A stretch of 50,754 nt of DNA from Reyranella sp. (GTDB lineage Bacteria; Pseudomonadota; Alphaproteobacteria; Reyranellales; Reyranellaceae): positions 1-50,754 of the forward strand of contig JAGNNA010000001.1 in the NCBI GenBank assembly GCA_017990895.1, in the 5' to 3' direction. The notes below the pieces were generated by a model that saw nothing but the letters and a program-made list of their open reading frames with translations, did no database searches and was not told the DNA's origin. Positions 48,078 through 50,754 of this stretch are shown one piece after another. Numbering within the stretch: position 1 is the stretch's first letter; the number at the start of each line of letters is the position of its first letter. The position numbers and the translations under genes are program-made.

Positions 48078-49816
48078 TTTTCCGGCCCGAGGAAATCGAA
48101 ATCGACGCCTTCGTCGGCCTGCAGCACGGTCTTGAAGAACAGTCCGGTATAGCCGCGCCCGCTGCCGGGATGGGCCGGCGGCGCCGTCCAGGCCTTCTTG
48201 CGGGCCGCCAGCGTCCTGGCATCGACATGGAGCTCGAGCCGGCGCTTCGGCACGTCGAGGGTGATGCGGTCGCCGGTCTTGACCAGCGCGAGCGGCCCGC
48301 CCACGGCGGCCTCGGGCGCGACATGCAGCACGATGGTGCCGAATGCCGTGCCGCTCATGCGCGCATCGGAGATGCGGATCATGTCCTTCACGCCGGCGCG
48401 GGCGAGCTTCATCGGGATGGGGAAAGAGCCCGCCTCGGGCATGCCGGGCGCGCCCTTGGGCCCGGCATTGCGCAGCACGAGGATATCGTCCGCCTTCACG
48501 TCGAGGTTCGGGTCGTCGCCGCGGGCGGCAAGGTCCTCCAGCGATTCGAACACCACGGCCCGGCCGGTATGCGTCAGCAACGCGGGCGAGGCCGCCGCGT
48601 GCTTGATCACGGCGCCGCGCGGCGCGAGGTTGCCGCGCAACACGGCCATGCCGCCGGTCGGCTTGATCGGATTGGCGGGCGTGCGGATCACGGTCTGACC
48701 GGGCACCATTTCCGCGGCGTCGATGACCTGCTTCAGCGTCTTGCCCGCGACCGTCCTGCACTTCTCGTCGAGATTCTTGCGGATCTCCTTCATCAGGCGC
48801 GAGTTGCCGCCGGCCCAATGGAAGTGCTCCATGTAGTGATCGCCGGACGGCTTCAGGTCGACCAGCACCGGCACGTTTCGGCCGATCTCGTCGAACTCTT
48901 CCAGCTCGATCTCGATCCCGAGGCGACGTGCCACGGCCGTGAGATGCACCAGCGCGTTGGTCGAGCCACCGATCGCCTGCAGCACGGTGAGCGCGTTGCG
49001 GAAAGCGGCCTTGGTCATGATCTCGCTGGGCTTTGGACCCTGCCTGACCGCCATCTCGGCGGCGAGCCGGCCGGTCTGCTCGGCGATGCGCAGCCGGTCC
49101 GAATGCGTCGCGGGGATCGAACCGCTGGTCGGCAGCCCCATGCCCAGGGTTTCCACGATGCAGCCCATCGTGCTGGCGGTGCCCATCACCATGCAGGTGC
49201 CCTTGGTCGGCGCCAGCCGCTCGCTCACCTGCTCGATGTCGGACTCGGAGAAGGTGCCGGCGCGATACTGGCCCCAAAGGCGGCGGCAGTCGGTGCAGGC
49301 GCCCAGTACCTCGCCCTTGAAATGGCCGACCAGCATCGGTCCCACCGGCAGCACGACCGCCGGCCGGTCGGCGCTCGCTGCGGCCATGAGCTGGGCCGGC
49401 AGGGTCTTGTCGCAGCCTCCGATCAGCACGACGGAGTCCATCGGCTGCGCGCGGATCATCTCCTCGGTGTCCATCGACATGAGGTTGCGCAGGAACATGC
49501 TGGTCGGGTGGGAGAAGCTCTCGTGGATCGACACGGTCGGGAAGACCATCGGCAGCGCGCCGGCCAGCATGACGCCGCGCTTCACCGCCTCGATCAGGTC
49601 CGGCACGTTGCCATGGCACGGATTGTAGTCGGAGAAGGTATTGGTGATGCCCACGATCGGCCGGTCGAGCGCGTCGTCGGAATAGCCGCCGGCCTTGATG
49701 AAGGCCTTGCGCAGGAACAGGGAGAATCCCGCATCACCGTAGGTGGCGAGACCCTGGCGCAACCCGGTTTCCTTTTTGGGTGCAGCCTTCGACGTACGGC
49801 GCTTGGCAGTTGCCAT
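48074..49816 (-). CDS. IlvD/Edd-family dehydratase
   Basis: NPCH, GGCDKT, GTCMVMGTASTM, GGSTNA, SDARMSGT, HVAPEAA. Confidence 0.9.
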   Translation of the reverse strand: MATAKRRTSKAAPKKETGLRQGLATYGDAGFSLFLRKAFIKAGGYSDDALDRPIVGITNTFSDYNPCHGNVPDLIEAVKRGVMLAGALPMVFPTVSIHESFSHPTSMFLRNLMSMDTEEMIRAQPMDSVVLIGGCDKTLPAQLMAAASADRPAVVLPVGPMLVGHFKGEVLGACTDCRRLWGQYRAGTFSESDIEQVSERLAPTKGTCMVMGTASTMGCIVETLGMGLPTSGSIPATHSDRLRIAEQTGRLAAEMAVRQGPKPSEIMTKAAFRNALTVLQAIGGSTNALVHLTAVARRLGIEIELEEFDEIGRNVPVLVDLKPSGDHYMEHFHWAGGNSRLMKEIRKNLDEKCRTVAGKTLKQVIDAAEMVPGQTVIRTPANPIKPTGGMAVLRGNLAPRGAVIKHAAASPALLTHTGRAVVFESLEDLAARGDDPNLDVKADDILVLRNAGPKGAPGMPEAGSFPIPMKLARAGVKDMIRISDARMSGTAFGTIVLHVAPEAAVGGPLALVKTGDRITLDVPKRRLELHVDARTLAARKKAWTAPPAHPGSGRGYTGLFFKTVLQADEGVDFDFLGPEK

Positions 49817-49848
49817 TTCAGTTTCTCTCCCTGGATCGCTGCATTTTG

Positions 49849-50754
49849 TCAGGTCGGACCATCGCCGACCAGACCGGCCGCCCAGCGCGCATGTGCTGCG
49901 GCGTTGCGAGCCTCGGCGATGGTCCGAGCGAGTTCGAGACCCATCAGGGTGCCGAACTTGAAACCGTGGCCGGAACAGGGGGACATCGCCCAACCCCTTG
50001 CGCCCGCCTTCTCCACGATGAAGCGCTCATCGTCGGTCACGCTGTAGAAACAGACCTTGAGATTGCGGATGGTCCAGCGGTCGAACCCCTTCAGCAGGCT
50101 GCCGCAGCGATCGAGCAGGGCGCGCATCTCGCTTTCCCGGGCATCGCGCGGTGCCAAGGCGTCGCCGTTGCGGCTGAACTCGTGGTCGCCCACTTTCATG
50201 CCGCGACCGCGGACGGGCGGCACGAGATAGAGGCCGACGTCGCCGGTCTTTTCGATGATCATCGGACCCTTCGCCCAAGCCGTGCGCTGATCCTCCGGCA
50301 GGTCGAAATAGATCACGACCTGGCGCGAGGGCACGACGCGGGTGGCGAGTGCCGGCAGCAGGCGCGGGACCCAGGCGCCCGCTGCCACCACGACGACGTC
50401 GCCCCCGTGCGTCGCGCCCGCTTCCGTGACGATGCGACCGCGCTCGAGATCCACGGCGCGCACGGCTGTGTCGCCGTGGAGGGTCACCTTGGGATGCGTG
50501 CCGAGATGGCGTGCGAGCCCCGCCACGATGTCCTGCGCCAGCAGAACGCCGCCGGTGTCGATCCAGAAGGCGCGCTCGAGCCCCTTGGTGTCGAGCAGGG
50601 GGAATCGTTCCGGCAACTGCGACATCGAAAGTTCGGTCATTGGCTTGCCGATCGAGGCGAGGGCGGCGGCCGATTTTTCTGCCCAGTCCGCGCCATTACC
50701 GGTCAATGCCAGGGTGCCGGTCGGCTTGTACAGGGTCTCGCCGAGGTCGGCCCA
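49849..50754 (-). CDS. FAD-dependent oxidoreductase (monomeric sarcosine oxidase-like), 5' end outside the window
   Basis: VVVAAGAW, KVCFY, SPCSGHGFKFG. Confidence 0.82.
   Translation of the reverse strand, partial: WADLGETLYKPTGTLALTGNGADWAEKSAAALASIGKPMTELSMSQLPERFPLLDTKGLERAFWIDTGGVLLAQDIVAGLARHLGTHPKVTLHGDTAVRAVDLERGRIVTEAGATHGGDVVVVAAGAWVPRLLPALATRVVPSRQVVIYFDLPEDQRTAWAKGPMIIEKTGDVGLYLVPPVRGRGMKVGDHEFSRNGDALAPRDARESEMRALLDRCGSLLKGFDRWTIRNLKVCFYSVTDDERFIVEKAGARGWAMSPCSGHGFKFGTLMGLELARTIAEARNAAAHARWAAGLVGDGPT

Noticed and set aside
47082-49619. 845-aa ORF as a long glycosyltransferase
   Set aside because: The N-terminal 500 or so residues are an off-frame reading of the dehydratase; the GT2 starts at 48077.
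1-50754. CRISPR arrays, IS/transposases, prophage genes, rRNA, selD
   Set aside because: None was recognised by eye. selD must lie elsewhere or be absent.

Overview
High-GC (roughly 65-70%) alphaproteobacterial chromosomal window; the gene content is reminiscent of Reyranella-like organisms, which is inference only. In order it holds: tandem GNAT genes; a small ORF behind a sigma-54-type promoter; a ggt plus Dpp/Gsi-type ABC transporter operon; ygfZ; acuI; cardiolipin synthase; an EEP phosphodiesterase; a Kef-type antiporter; denD; a methyltransferase divergent from two paralogous GT-C-like membrane proteins; a four-gene uncharacterised membrane cluster; an acyl-CoA carboxyltransferase; a P-loop protein; pxpC/B/A with a 110-bp nested palindromic element; a CoxL form II-type molybdoenzyme subunit; and an SGNH-like protein. 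Next comes a selenocysteine formate dehydrogenase-N locus (fdnGHI-fdhE) in which every gene carries a lesion, followed by apparently intact selA, a Sel1-repeat gene, selB and tRNA-Sec, then unknown accessory genes with fdhD and mobB. The window ends with a Slam/T11SS-like outer-membrane protein beside a FecR plus TbpB-barrel-like cargo, a GT2, an IlvD/Edd dehydratase and a partial FAD oxidase. The best leads are the decaying Sec-FDH beside intact Sec machinery and unknown accessory genes, the Slam-FecR pair, the 19.5-22.6 kb four-gene membrane module and the tandem GT-C-like proteins. No database searches were run; family calls come from motif recognition.
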